Shown here: positions 39,950 to 53,009 of the stretch, piece after piece | Layout of the letters: each line of letters opens with the position of its first letter | Numbering within the stretch: the first letter of the stretch is position 1 | Assembly: GCA_030295235.1 (NCBI GenBank) | Contig: AP026146.1 | Location: 124,001 to 188,000, forward strand | Origin: Fistulifera solaris | Lineage: Eukaryota | Reading direction: 5' to 3' | DNA length: 64,000 nt | Notes under the pieces: generated by a model | What the model saw: the letters and a program-made list of their open reading frames with translations, nothing else | Database searches by the model: none | Told to the model about the DNA's origin: nothing | Program-made: the position numbers and the translations under genes

Positions 39950-40084
39950 GGTGCGACGATACGGTAGGAAGTAAGCGAAAATGCGAAGTCTGAATCAAGT
40001 CAGATCTCTGTTTTTGTGAGCCAATGCGAAAGACCGATTTGTTGTTGATGGAAGTCGAAAGATCGATGCTTGTTTATATAGTAC

Positions 40085-40378
40085 AAAGAACGTGTCGGAA
40101 TATCAACTTTCCAAAGAGCCATCAATGTTTCATTTGTCGGATCAAAAGCATCGGCAATCTGAAACACGTTCTTCGACTTCGATCTCTAGGTTGCAGGCAA
40201 TAGCAGATGACGTTCTTCTCGAAGAACGTGTCACACGAATGAGACATCATATCTCGCATCGTTTGGCGGTCGACTTTCTTTGCACTCATTAACGGGAAAG
40301 CACATGGAGGACTCGATGGCAATGGGAAGCACGTTCTTTGTGTCGAAAGCTTCGCTATCCGGAAGAACGTGCTTCCGG
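40085..40378. promoter_or_regulatory. Cluster of GAAGCACGTTCTTC-like motifs upstream of METE
   Basis: Six copies in both orientations at 40085, 40161, 40205, 40221, 40326 and 40362. Confidence 0.7.
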
Positions 40379-41043
40379 TGCAACGAAAAATGAAGGAAAA
40401 ACGTTTCACATTACTACGTATTTATACGTAGTATTATCAGCTACCCCAGAAACATCTATATTTGATATTGTAGGCAATTAGTACCACATTCGCTCCTGCA
40501 TTGACACGGAAGGAACGTTAAAATTCTGCCTCCCAGTACAAGATTCTACGTAGCGTCTACGACGAGGCAGAATTTTAACGCCGTTCCCATACCTGGTATT
40601 CGTATTTTCGCATTTTGCGTTCGTATCCAACGTTTTACGGAGAAAGTGAGAGACGATAACTTCTCTATTTTTCATTTCTCTCCCGTTTAGGCGTATTGGG
40701 CAAGTGTGGGAGAACGCGAAATACGAAATACGAAACTTCCGGTTAGAAATGGCCCTGATGCTTACTCATCGTTCACGCGCAATGGGTCATGAGAAAGTCG
40801 TCATTATTTCCACGTTATTGGACGAATGACAGACACACGTCACACCGTCACACCGTCACACCGCGTCGCGATCATCGTGGATCGCATTTTAGTTAAGGAC
40901 GTACTTAATTTTAGTGACTTTAAAAATTCTATTGCATGCAACATTAATGTCATAATTCTATCCTGATTCATTCTTTGTATTACCTTTTATTCACTCATCT
41001 CATCTTGAACCCCCTTCTTTATTTATTTGCAACAACACACGAA

Positions 41044-41370
41044 ATGGCGTCTCTGCAACAAATCACCGATGCCATGACCCTTGCTGTCGAACAAGACGGA
41101 ACGATCCGCACCAAGTTCCCAACGAATGTGCAATTCAATGTCGACGGAGAGACGTATATTTTGCAAATTGTAAACGACGGTCCAGTCGATTTGCACGTCA
41201 AGACCTCGATCGAAACATTACGCGATTTACTGGAGAAGAAAATATCACCGCAACAAGCTTTCATGAAAGGGAAGTTGAAAATAAAGGGTAAAATGGCCCT
41301 GGCGATGAAATTGTCGTTGGTCCTCGACGTGACCCGCAAACAACTGGCCCTGCAAACGTCTCGACTCTAA
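41044..41370 (+). CDS. SCP2 sterol-carrier domain protein, probably peroxisomal
   Basis: PQQAFMKGKLKIKGKMALAMKL; C-terminal SRL (PTS1). Confidence 0.85.
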   Translation: MASLQQITDAMTLAVEQDGTIRTKFPTNVQFNVDGETYILQIVNDGPVDLHVKTSIETLRDLLEKKISPQQAFMKGKLKIKGKMALAMKLSLVLDVTRKQLALQTSRL

Positions 41371-41441
41371 ACTATTTACGAGTTGAGCAATGTGTCTGAT
41401 TATTCATGCCATGCAATTAGCCAATATACTATCCAGTACCT

Positions 41442-42479
41442 TTAGGATTTCCCAAATATTTTGTTCAATCGATCTAAATCTTCATCGCTGGGCTTTCCGT
41501 AACCAGGATCTTTCTTATCGTCCGTGCTACCACCGCCACTCGAAGAAGGACTACCACCATCGCCGCTCGGTTTTCGTGGAGTATCCCTTCTTCGTCGGGG
41601 AGGTTGATCTTCTTCTTCGTCATCATCATCATCATCATCATCGTCGTCGTCGTCGTCGTCGTCCTCCGCATTCGTTTCATTGTTCTTTAATTTCTTCAAT
41701 TCATCCGAGACATCCGAATCTTGTGTCGAACTGGAAATATTGAAATATTCCGCTTTTTGTGCTTCCAATATTTCCAAACCTTTTTGAACGTACGCTTCCT
41801 CTCTCCGACGACGGTACCATTCCCGCACAATCAGTGTACCGTACGTGGGCAGAAAGAAGGCGACACCCACTTTGAGTGTCAATCCCTTGTGTTGGTTGGG
41901 TTGATGATGATGATGATAGGCGGCGAATTGACGTTTTGTGGAAGCGACGTTCGGAGCGATCGTGGTTGTCGTTGTTTGGTCGAGAAGGAAATCATCATCA
42001 TCATGGTCGTCATCGTCATCCTCTTCGATATCACCGTAATCCAAGGACGATTTCGTTGTTTTGGTAGTCGTCGTGGAAGGCGACGACGTTGTGTGTTCGG
42101 GTAATACAGTCGGCAGGTCACTCGCTTTCCAGGAACCTTCTTCCAACATTTGCGCTTGGGTTTGTGTCATACCCGGTCGCAACGAATGGGTCGGTTCATT
42201 GGTACGAGCCTGTACCGGACGTGTGGTCGCGAACATCATGGCGACCGCGAGTGGTCCTACTTTGCGTTGGCACCATTGCCAAACGCGTCGACGTCGACTC
42301 GGAGGTGATTGTGGTGGTGTCGCTCGTAATGCTGAACAGGTATACGATTTCTTCGCAAGACTATAATGATTAGTAAACGGAATGTTTCGATGACATACGG
42401 GCAGTTGAAAACTGTGTGCAAAATGGAATACTAGGCACGAGAGTAGTAATGTGATGGTCGGCCAGTGACGAATCATCAT
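41442..42479 (-). CDS. Hypothetical plastid-targeted single-TM protein with acidic tracts
   Basis: 345-aa ORF; signal peptide plus HSF; RRRR...PVQA resembles a Tat/lumen signal; poly-D. Confidence 0.6.
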   Translation of the reverse strand: MMIRHWPTITLLLSCLVFHFAHSFQLPVCHRNIPFTNHYSLAKKSYTCSALRATPPQSPPSRRRRVWQWCQRKVGPLAVAMMFATTRPVQARTNEPTHSLRPGMTQTQAQMLEEGSWKASDLPTVLPEHTTSSPSTTTTKTTKSSLDYGDIEEDDDDDHDDDDFLLDQTTTTTIAPNVASTKRQFAAYHHHHQPNQHKGLTLKVGVAFFLPTYGTLIVREWYRRRREEAYVQKGLEILEAQKAEYFNISSSTQDSDVSDELKKLKNNETNAEDDDDDDDDDDDDDDDEEEDQPPRRRRDTPRKPSGDGGSPSSSGGGSTDDKKDPGYGKPSDEDLDRLNKIFGKS

Positions 42480-43060
42480 GATGGTGAATTGTGTTTTATT
42501 ACGGTCGGTCGCGGTGTAGACGCTCTTTTCTTTTTTCTTTTTTGTCGAGTATTTGGGACGTTTCTGACAATGTTACGGCTATTGTTTGTGTTGAGTGTTG
42601 AGTTGATTATTGTGCGAAGTGATATGTCTTTCTCGTCGTCAGCGTCGTCGACTGTGGAAGGAAAAAGGAAAAAATAATAATAACGAGTGTTGTTTGTTTG
42701 TGGAGGTTTGCGCTTCGTCGGCATGTTCGCTCCACGTGTCAGTGTGTCACGGACGGGGTTTTGTCGCAGTGAAAACCGCTTTGACAGAATGACCTTTACC
42801 AACGACTATTGCTTACAAACTGACTTTCCCGGCACCGGGTGCTACAAGTTCGAGAATACTCATAAAACAGTTCTTGTTTTTTTCTAGGATGATTACTATA
42901 CCGGTACGTACCAACCGTGTACTTAGGTAAGTACAAATAGTAATAGCGCAACCAAACGCCAACACAACATGACCGTTTTCACAATCATTTTGTTGTTGTT
43001 CTCTTTCCTATTGATTCATTTTCATTTATTCATTTCGTATTTCAAAAACACAACATAGCA

Positions 43061-45369
43061 ATGGGCAACGCAGCAACTTCACTGCCCTACGCCATTGGTA
43101 ATCCAGTATCTACCAAAGACGGCTGGGCTTTGCACGTTGGGTCGCGCAAATCGGACAATGCCGCCGTCTCGGTCTTTGTGGCCAAAAAGCCGGCACTACA
43201 AAAAGCGTCACAATTCGCACCCGCCTTGCATCATTTTCATCATTGCAAACGATTACGACATCCGCATATTTTACAAGTATACGCGACATTAGATACGGAC
43301 AATCCGAATGAACAAGGTGGTGTGACAGCACCTCCAACGAAAACAGCCGAAACCGGTGATTTCATCGTCGTCACCGAACCGTGTATACCACTGGAAGCGT
43401 GGTTACAAACACGTCCACCACCGGAACAAGTCGCGTGGGGATTGGAGTCGGTGGTAAGGGCGTTGCACTTCTTGCATGCTTCCGCCAATTTGGCCCACGG
43501 CAATGTGTCACCGCAATCCTTTTATGTTACGCCCGCGGGGGATGTCAAATTGTGGAATTTTTCCCTCGTAACTACCATCGAACAGGGACAATTGTCAAAG
43601 CATTTCCAAGAATGGGAAGGACGTCTCACACCGCAACCATACCGGAGTCCGGAACGACAAGAACGTCGGTGGGATGCCTTGGCGGCAACCGGAATCCACA
43701 CCATGGATACGTACAGTGTCGCCGTACTCGTCAGTGACTTTTTTGGTGGAACCATACCAACGCCTTTGGTGAAAGCTTGTCAACGGATGCAAACGCCTAA
43801 CTTGAAAATGCGACCGCGTTTACAACCACTGTTGAAATGTCCCCTCTTTGATACACCCTATCAGAAATTGCAACTCCAATTGGAAGAATTTACCGTCCAA
43901 CCCGTGGAACAAAAAATTGCCTTTTGGCAAAATTTGACGCCATCTATGCAAGCGGGATTGTTGCCACAAGAATTGGCCGTTTACAAATTGTTGCCCATCA
44001 TTCAACAAACAATCACGACACTGTGTCAAAGTGATGCCCTCAAAAGTCAAGACATGTATCGACGAGAAGGTACGTAGGTGGACTTGTTTTTGTTGTTAAA
44101 GTAGTAAGTTGACTTGGAAAAATACATATTTGTGTCTTACCCCCCTTGTGACTCTGATAGTACTCGCCACCATTCCACCTTTATTTTTTTATTGCGGAAG
44201 CGTATTTGGGAAACAAGACCAGTCAGGAACTAGGACCTATGGTCGCCATTTTATTTGAAATGAACGATCGTGCGATTCGTGGGTCATTGTTGCAGAAAAC
44301 CGCGTTTCTGCTGCAGCATTTGGATAACAATATGCTGAATCAATCGGTGTTCGGGCCCGCGTGTGGTGGTTTCTCAGACAGTAGTCCCACCCTGCGCGAA
44401 CTTACCTTAAAGGCAACCGTAGAAATCATGCCCAAATTGACACAACCCAATTTGGAAAAGTTATCGCGCTATTTGGTCCGACTCCAAAGTGACCCAGAAC
44501 AAGGAATTCGAACCAATACCGTCATTGTATTTGGAAAGCTGGCGCCATTTTTGACCGAAGTGTCTCGTCAAAAACTTCTCTTGCCTGCGTTTGCCCGTGC
44601 CTTGAAAGATCCGTTTATCCCGTGTCGGCTGTCGGCGCTGAAATGTTTGTTGAAAGTGAAACAGTTCTTTACCCCGGCAGAGATTGCCGGAAAAGTATTG
44701 CCGACGGTTTCACCGTTCCTGCTCGATGGTTCCAAAGATGTTCGTAAAGAGGCTTTTCTAGTGCTGGATGATTTCCTTTTTCGTTAAAACAAGAAAGTGA
44801 GAAAATGGGGGACGCCAAGCCAATGCCGGTTCCGGGACAGCCAGCACCCCAACCGGGGAGTTCCCCCTCCGCAACCAAAGGCCGCGGCGCCAGTCGCTCC
44901 TGCTCCTAGTTCTGGAGGATATTTATCTGGATTGTCGTCTTGGGTGACATCGTCCGCAAAACCAACAGAACCAGTTCCTGTTGCTGCCCCCCCAACCTGT
45001 GGCTCCACATCAGCCTCCACAATCCGCCCCGCCGCCGCAAACAGTCGCGTCCTTACAAATAAACGATATTGACTTATCGGATGGATGGGGCGATGAAGAT
45101 GATGCATTAGATCAGATCAAAACAGAAATTTCTCCCGTCGCGCAAGCCAAGATTCAATTCGTATCACCACCGCCACTTCCTCCGGCACCGGGAAGCGAGG
45201 ATGACTTTTTGGCAGTTTCAATGCCACTAAGCCAGCGGTCAAGTCGTCTTTGGGAATGCCCAAAGGCAAATTGGTCGTCCCAAAACAATCCATTTCCTTA
45301 GCACCCAAACCGGCTATAAAAAAGCTCTCTGTGGATGATGACATGGAAGACGGATGGGACGATTTTTAA
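43061..45369 (+). CDS. SCYL1: SCY1-like pseudokinase with HEAT repeats (intron about 44070-44160; frameshifts)
   Basis: MGN myristoylation-type start; RLRHPHIL, HGNVSP, GFSDSSPTLRELTLK, IRTNT; ends DGWDDF. Confidence 0.85.
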
Positions 45370-45547
45370 GTAATAATGTATGTGTTACAAATAAAATTCA
45401 TTGACATTTCTGCTTTGACTTCTGAACCCTCTGTATTTGAGTGATCTATTTTCGAGTTCATACAATCACCTGGGGCCAAAGTGTGGGCTGAATCTCGAAA
45501 AAAGCCATCCTTTTTTGAACATTTTCGACAGCTTTTGAAAGGCAGTC

Positions 45548-47038
45548 TCAAACTGTTTCGTGTATTATTCCTTCATGTGAATCAGGCATTCTACTTGCCA
45601 CATCCGGGCAATCGCCTTGCGTGGAATCTATCGTTGCTTCAGGAGTAGCGACTCTTCTTTCATCTTCAGAGAGTAACGGTTCCGTCAACATTTCAGCTAC
45701 AGACTCTTCGACAAGTGGAGGCGGTGATGATCGCGACGAAATGATTCTCCTCCACCAGGAAGGCTGACGTCTGGTTTCAGCCGTGGTCTCATTATCCATC
45801 AAAGCAAATGGCGTATCTGCCACTCCTACTTGCTCAATTGCATCCGTACGACCTGGTACATGAAATAATCGCCCCCACAACCCTTCATTAGAAGTTTCAG
45901 TGGATGTTCTGACAGGATGGCTTGTCTCGACAGATTCTTCATTTTCCTCCTCTTCAGGAAGTAACTCAATTTTACACAATGGACAGGTTGCTGATCGTTC
46001 CGAAAGCCACTTTCCGATGCAATTCGCGTGAAACGCGTGCTTGCAAGGCAGACAACGGAGCTTATTCCCCGTCTCGTAGTCATCGAGACAAATAGCGCAA
46101 CAGTCCATCTCCTGCTGGTCCGGAAGTAAGGGAATTTCGGACTCCAGAATTTGACCTTCTTCCACAATGAGCTCCAAGGAATGCGCCTCGGCATCGTACA
46201 AATACTTGGGCAACAACTCCCGGACTTGCTCTCGCGTGAGCCGACGACGCGTCGGACGCTGTTGCGCCGCGTGATGCGCTTGATCTTCGGCTTCCGCCCA
46301 TCGATTACTGTTCAATATGAGCATAAATGAGCACAGGCAGGCACTGAGTAATGATATGAGAGAAAGGAGGAGGGCACCGGTATCGCCATCCATCGAATTG
46401 GTTCGCGAATCTAACGAAATACGAGGCCCACCCATTTTTCTCATTTCACTGGATTGCTTCTGAATCATTTCGTAGACCATTTCGGATACTGTTCTTTGCG
46501 AGACTCGTACTATATAGAGAGGAATGTCACCCTCTCGTGGATCGCGGCGTCTCGAGATCCATGTATCACCCGAAAATAATGCATTCTTCAAGCTATTCGG
46601 CAACAGCGCAGCGGCTAGATCCGATAGTACCAATTCCTCGTCCTCCATCTCCTCTTCAATCTCCTCATGATCAGCTTCCAGCGCATTGTGTCGGCCGTTC
46701 CCCACAATCAAGTAACGAACGACATGATTGGGTGACACATGCTTCAACGCCATGTCGACTTTTTCTTGCAACGAACAACCTCCTCCACCTTGCACCAAAA
46801 GTGCCACCGGTAAACCATCGGAAGGTGTAATAATGTTATATTCTTGGTCAGCAGTCGGACAAAGATACGGATTCTCTTCGATATACTGCAAACGACCCAT
46901 ATATTCGTAACCGCGCCAGAACTGTTTGCAAGGAAGGTCTTCTTCGGGTTGTGATCGAAAACGTCGTCCGGTTTGCATGTCCGTAATTTCTCCGCGGACC
47001 ACGCCCGGAAGTATGGCCAACCAGATGAAGCTTTTCAT
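45548..47038 (-). CDS. PA-TM-RING-H2 E3 ligase (RNF13/RMR-like)
   Basis: Signal peptide, PA-like region, TM helix, CAICLDDY...LPCKHAFHANCIGKWL...CPLC. Confidence 0.85.
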   Translation of the reverse strand: MKSFIWLAILPGVVRGEITDMQTGRRFRSQPEEDLPCKQFWRGYEYMGRLQYIEENPYLCPTADQEYNIITPSDGLPVALLVQGGGGCSLQEKVDMALKHVSPNHVVRYLIVGNGRHNALEADHEEIEEEMEDEELVLSDLAAALLPNSLKNALFSGDTWISRRRDPREGDIPLYIVRVSQRTVSEMVYEMIQKQSSEMRKMGGPRISLDSRTNSMDGDTGALLLSLISLLSACLCSFMLILNSNRWAEAEDQAHHAAQQRPTRRRLTREQVRELLPKYLYDAEAHSLELIVEEGQILESEIPLLPDQQEMDCCAICLDDYETGNKLRCLPCKHAFHANCIGKWLSERSATCPLCKIELLPEEEENEESVETSHPVRTSTETSNEGLWGRLFHVPGRTDAIEQVGVADTPFALMDNETTAETRRQPSWWRRIISSRSSPPPLVEESVAEMLTEPLLSEDERRVATPEATIDSTQGDCPDVASRMPDSHEGIIHETV

Positions 47039-47358
47039 GTTGATATAAGAGAATCGAGTCAACAAATTGGAACCAAAGAAGCAAAAGTGACTTTCGACGC
47101 AGCAGCTTCAGTCAAACGGAACAACGGTGCGAGTCTTGCGACGCGATGCATAGAGAGAACCGTTTGCCTTTTTTCGATGATGATTCTGGACTCTGTAGCA
47201 AAGTGTATAAGACCAGAACTCCCTCACACAATGACGTCAGCATCGTTACCCAAATCAGCCACGACCATACGACTCAAGGATAATGATGATTTGTTCTATA
47301 AATTAATCGAACATTTTCAACTACAGACGTAACTTATTTCTTATCTGAGAGGATGTGT

Positions 47359-50300
47359 TTATTCATTCTTAGCTTTTTGTTCCACCTGGTCTACAAACTT
47401 CAAATCACTCACTTGAGTTTGTGCGAAGTCCGCCTTGCCACCACCTTTTCCTCCCGTACCTTCGGTGACGGCGGCGACCCACTTCTGGCAGTCGACCACT
47501 CCCTTGGGGGAAAATGCCACGACGGAAAATTTGTCGACATCCACCGCGATTAACATAAGGGCCTTATCGGTGACTTTCTTGCCAAAAGCCTGGGCCACGG
47601 ACTTGGCCGTTTTGCCATCAATCGCAAAATCGACGCGGAGCACCACCTTCGATCCCGCCATCGTCCCCGCCAACGCCACCGCCTGGTTGACAATTTCATC
47701 GGCCATACCCGCCACCTTTTGTTTTTTGTAGGCAACGACGGCTTTTGACAGTTCTTGCAACTTTTCTCGGAATTCAATCTTTCGAATAGCGGATATGTTG
47801 AGACCATCCAATTCGGTCGACAACACTTTCACGGCGGGTTCCAAAGCATCGCCTTCCAACTTTTCGGCGCTGCTCAATTTGTCGGCAAACGAGTCGGCCA
47901 ACGCCATGCATTTCTTAGCATCGTTCATGGTAACACCGACAATGCGTCGCACACCTTTGGCGATACCTTCTTCCGAAAGCAAGACGAATGCCTCCGCCTC
48001 GGATGTGTTGGTCAAGTGGGTGCCGCCGCAAAACTCGACACTGTATTCATTCCAGACAGCATCTTGAGGATTCGCGAGCATGTCCGTGACAGGCTTGTCG
48101 GCGACTGCGACGACTCGAACGGGATCCGGATACTTTTCACCGAAAACAGCGCGTAAAGAAGAAATCTTTTCCGCATCGGGCAAGGGTGCGACGTAACAGT
48201 CCACCGGAACTTTACGGTCGATGAAGCTGACGCAGTGTTCTTCCACTTTCTTGAGCTGCTCCGGTGTCAACCCACCATTCCACGAAAAATCAAAACGCAA
48301 CTTGGTTTCGTCCACCAAACTACCCTTTTGCTCAACCGTCATGCTTTCATCGTTCACCAAGACAGCACGAAGCGCATGATTCAAAACGTGTGTCATAGTA
48401 TGATTGGATGCAATGGGCTGACGACGCACATAATCGACTTCACAAGTGACGGTATCGTTGACTGATACAGTTCCTTGTTCGACCACGCCGATGTGCAACA
48501 CGAACTGCCCATACAGTTGCACGTTCTGCACTCTAACCACGGCACCACTGGTCGTTTTGAGGAAACCCGTGTCATTGATCTGTCCACCCTGTTCGGCATA
48601 GAAACTAGTCTGATTCAAAATGACACCAATAGTACTACTTTCTGGAGTGATGACATCCACAAACCCAATTTTGTCTTCGGTTTCATTGCGACCAAGAAAA
48701 AGAGCCTCCACTTTGCAATTTTCCAAATGTTGATTCCACACGTACTTAGGAGAATCATCGGTCGATGGTACATTCTTGCTGACCAAATGAGCCGTCTGTT
48801 CCGCGACCATTCGCATATCCTTTCCGCTATCGCCGGTCATCTTGGCGAGATGTGCCGCCGCACTCAATTCTTGTTCCTGCTTCATGCGCGCTTCAAAGCC
48901 AGCAACGTCAACTTTCAGCCCACGTTCTTCGGCCATGAGTTCCGTCAAATCAAAGGGGAATCCCATGGTGGTGTACAAGTAGTGCGCGTCTTCACCGGGA
49001 AAGACACCATCCGTGCATTTCTCGGCCAATTCTTGGAATTTCTGCAAACCCTTGTCAATCGTTCGACTGAACGACTCTTCTTCTTCTCGAATGACTTGTG
49101 TCACGCGCAACTCTTTTTCCTTCAGTTCCGGGAATACGTCACCCATCAATTCGATCAATGTGGGGACCAATTTCGAAAAGAATCCCAATTCGGCGTTGAG
49201 ATTCTGTCGACCGTATCGTACAGCGCGACGCAAGACACGGCGGAGAACATAACCACGTCCATCGTTCGAGGGAGTAGCCCCATCCGCAATGGCAAAGCAC
49301 AATGTTCGAATGTGATCGGCCACGACACGGTACGCCATGTCAATGAACTCAGGGTCTTCTTTTCCAATCTTTCCTTGATAGGGCCGAGCTCCCGTTTCTC
49401 GTTGAATGGCAGCAAAGAGGGGCAAGAAGATATCCGTGTCGTAGTTGCTATCGACGTTTTGTAAGATACTAGTGAGTCGTTCAAATCCCATCCCCGTGTC
49501 CACATGCTGTGCCGGAAGAGGACGAAGTGAACCATCCGCCTCTCGATTGTACTGAATGAACACATTGTTCCAAATTTCAATGACATCCGGCAGATCGGCA
49601 TTCACCAGTTTGGCGGCATCACGTCCACCGATGCGATCGTAATGAATTTCCTGTAACGGCAAAGAAACAAAACTTTAGGTCAGCGTCGTGACAAAAAACT
49701 ATTCATGACATAAAGAACACACGTACCGTACAAGGCCCACAGGGTCCCGTCGCCCCCATTTCCCAAAAATTGTCTTTCGCGTCAAAGGGCAACACGCGAT
49801 TCTCGGGCAAGTACTTCAACCAAATATCCCGTGCTTCTGTATCACAGGGTGTCTGTTCATCTCCACCGAAATACGTCGCGTACAAACGATTGGGATCCAA
49901 CTGATAAACTTCCGTCAAACATTTCCACGCCAAATCGATGGCTTCTTCTTTGAAGTAATCACCAAAAGACCAATTGCCCAACATTTCAAAGAAGGTGTGA
50001 TGATAGACATCTTTGCCGACATCATCTAAATCATTGTGCTTTCCTCCGGCGCGGATGCATTTTTGACTGTTAACAGCGCGTTTCAAGGAAGCCATTTCCA
50101 AATTGGGGTCGCACGTTCCTGAAGAACAAAGCGTAAGACGCCGTACTTCCGTACATAAACAAATAGACACACCAAGGACTTACCCAAAAGAGAGGCTTGT
50201 ATTGGTTCATTCCCGCATTCGTAAAGAGCAACGTCGGATCATCGACCGGAACACACGGCGAAGACGGCCAGAAGGTGTGCCCGTTCGCCTGGAAGAATTC

Positions 50301-50363
50301 AAAGAAGGTCGTACGCACTTTGGCCATGGGCCATTTGAATTCTTTCGCTTCTTCGGAAGTCAT
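47359..50363 (-). CDS. AARS: Cytosolic alanyl-tRNA synthetase (introns about 50119-50183, 49651-49726)
   Basis: [48 protein letters not shown], editing motifs NHTMTH and EFCGGTH. Confidence 0.97.
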
Positions 50364-50800
50364 TTTTCATTCAAAAAAAGTAAAGAGAATATACACTAGT
50401 CTACTCGATCGAATGCTTTCACGAATCGCCGATCATGAAGCAGCGACGAAATGAATCGATTTGCGTGTTTTGTTTGCGACTTGCGACGCGAGAAAAAAAA
50501 AGTTCAACCGCATCCACGGAAAAATGTGCGGCGCGGATGGAAGGACCGCGTTGAGTATCAGATGGAGTGTAGTTGAACCGGTTATCAACAAGTTTGCTAC
50601 TTAATATATTGGACATGGTCTTCCAATTCTTCCGCCAACAGGTTATGAGGTCAACCTTTCGACCGTTCATAATAAAAACGACTCCATCTCGTATCTCGTC
50701 GTTTGTTTTACTTTTTGATACCTGGTAACCAAGAGACGGTCAAAATCGTATTCGTCTTGATAATTATCATTGTGCTTGTTTAAAGAACTAGAAAGTCATC

Positions 50801-52402
50801 ATGTCAGATACAGAGGACGACAAAGTAGCGACGGAAGAAGAGAAGGAAGAAGTCACGGATCTTTCCGATAGGTACGTATACAGACAGGATGAGGTTCCCA
50901 TGCTTGCGGTGCGGCTCTCTCATTCTCAATTATTCCAAACCCAGCGATGTTTGCACGAAATACCAAGAAGCCGCCAAGATTGTGAATCTTGCTCTGCAGG
51001 GATTGGTATCGCAATGCGTTCCCGGGGCCAGTGTCCTGGATTTGTGTGAATTCGGACATACCGTCATTCAAACGCAAGCCCAAAAACTCTTTACCAAAAA
51101 AAGTCGATGGACGCAGTATCGATCGTGGTGTCGCGTTCCCAGTTTGCATATCGGTGAATGATGTGGTTTGTAACTTTAGTCCTTTGCCGACGGATGAAAC
51201 GGTACGTTCCTTTTTCGTCAGTCGCTCTCGTCCTGTCTCGGTCACTATCAAGTGCGAAACGAATGTATGCTGCCGTTTCCTTTTTTTGAATGGAAACAGG
51301 TATACTGTGACCCTCGTACAGACCCTTGGCAAAACGGCAGGTATAGAAACGCACAAGTAGTTGATCTCGTTCGAGTTGACTCTCCCAAAGATTGTCCTTG
51401 AATCGACGATCCTGCTTGCATTGGAAGGGCTTTCTCATCCGATACTGGAGTGTTTTTTTCACTCGAGACCCTCTGTTATCATGGTTGCATGCTTTATTGG
51501 AAGGTGCCTCACCCACATTCCTATTACAATTACAGGCCCCTCTTAAAGCGGGCGATGTCGTCAAGATGGATTTGGGATGCCACATCGATGGATACATTGC
51601 GGTGGCAGCGCATACGTGTGTCGTGCCCGCAGCTGCGGATGCTCCTCCAACTGTCGAAAAGGAAGAAACGGGAAAGGTCGCAGTCGCGGCCTACAATGCC
51701 ATGTTGGTGGCAGCGGCCGCCATTTCAGCCGGTGCGAAAAACACGGATGTGACGGCTGCCGTGGAGCGTGTCGCAAAAGCGTACGGAGTCACTCCCATTC
51801 ATTCCGTGCGCATGCACCAAATGAAACGTTATGTTCTCGATGGCGTCAAGGAAGTGGCTTTGAAGGCACCTAGTCCGGACGATGACATGGAAGAGAAGTT
51901 GCCGGAATGCACGTTTGAACAGTTTGAAGTGTATGCGGTAGATGTGGCGATGAGTACGGGAGATGGCAATGCTCGTCCGGGGGACTTGCGCACGACCATC
52001 TACAAGCGCAACGTGGAGCAGCAGTATTCGCTCAAGGTACAAGCGAGTCGTGGTCTGCTGGCGGATGTGGACAAAAACTTTCCCACATTACCCTTTACAA
52101 TGAGACATTTACAAGACTTGCGCCGGGCTCGCTTGGGATTGCCGGAATGTGTGTCACACGGTCTTTTGACACCCTATCCCGCCTTGCACGATCATTCCGG
52201 TGTCGTCGCCCATTTCAAATGCACTGTCCTATTGTTGCCTTCCGGAAATACCCGAGTGACTGGATTGGATCTACCCGGATATTTCACAACTACTGTGGAA
52301 CCAGATGCTGACACTGCCGCAGTTCTCAAGCAACTCGAGGAGGAAGCTGCCAAGAAGGCCGCGCGAAAGGCTGCTAAGAAGAATAAGAAGTCGAAAAAAT
52401 AA
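50801..52402 (+). CDS. PA2G4: Proliferation-associated 2G4 / EBP1 (introns 50871-50944, 51202-51535; frameshift near 51100)
   Basis: GVAFPVCISVND, GDVVKMDLGCHIDGYIA, FEVYAVDV, VAHFKCTVLL; Lys-rich tail. Confidence 0.92.
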
Positions 52403-53009
52403 GCTGAGTGAGAAGTATTTTCACAATCTTCATTTTTACAACGAATGGCGGATAGAAAATTATAAAGGCAACTAACAATGAAGACGTTACAAGCTTATGT
52501 CGAAGACACAGTTTGGTAGTTAAAATGAATGCGCGTATGAATGAATTGCAGAAGAAATACTACGTAATTACAGAAGAAATAATTACAGTGGAACGTCAAG
52601 CTATGCGAGATCACGGAGAGGATAAATCAGTGCGACAAGGGATTGTCGGACTCAAAGTCCCAAGTCCTGAACCTTATTGATCATATCCGCGTTTGTGGGA
52701 GATGTACTCTTTCACTATCCACATTTCGCCTTCTTTGACGTTGTAGGGACAACATCGTTTTCTAGATTCTGATTGGCTCAAAAAATCCAAGTGTCCGTTT
52801 CTACTTATTTCTGATTGGCTCAAAAACTGAGCTACCACTTCAGTACAGTTTGTACGATACTATTTAATCGAAAGGCCAATGGGCCAGACAGAGAATGGAA
52901 AGACCCGCGAAATAAAGGCCTCGTGTTTTGCGTTTTCGCTCGATGAGGATGATCATGATTCTCGTTTGTCACCGCGTTGGCAGATTGTGGCCATCGTCTT
53001 CGAACGACC

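Noticed and set aside
39950..40450. Cobalamin riboswitch upstream of METE
   Set aside because: No B12-box architecture visible; the repeats look like DNA protein-binding sites
40834..40863. Three CACACCGT tandem units upstream of SCP2
   Set aside because: Too short to separate from a slippage microsatellite
41605..41665. (TCA)n(TCG)n repeat
   Set aside because: Codes for the poly-Asp tract of the 41442-42479 gene; not an array
48475..49464. Long antisense ORFs (also 20221-20979, 29625-30500, 38084-38848)
   Set aside because: Shadows of real genes on the opposite strand; no motifs
51505..51530. ACATTCCTA + ACA resembling the U17/snR30 m1 motif
   Set aside because: No m2 (AAACCAT) after it, and it lies in the branch/acceptor region
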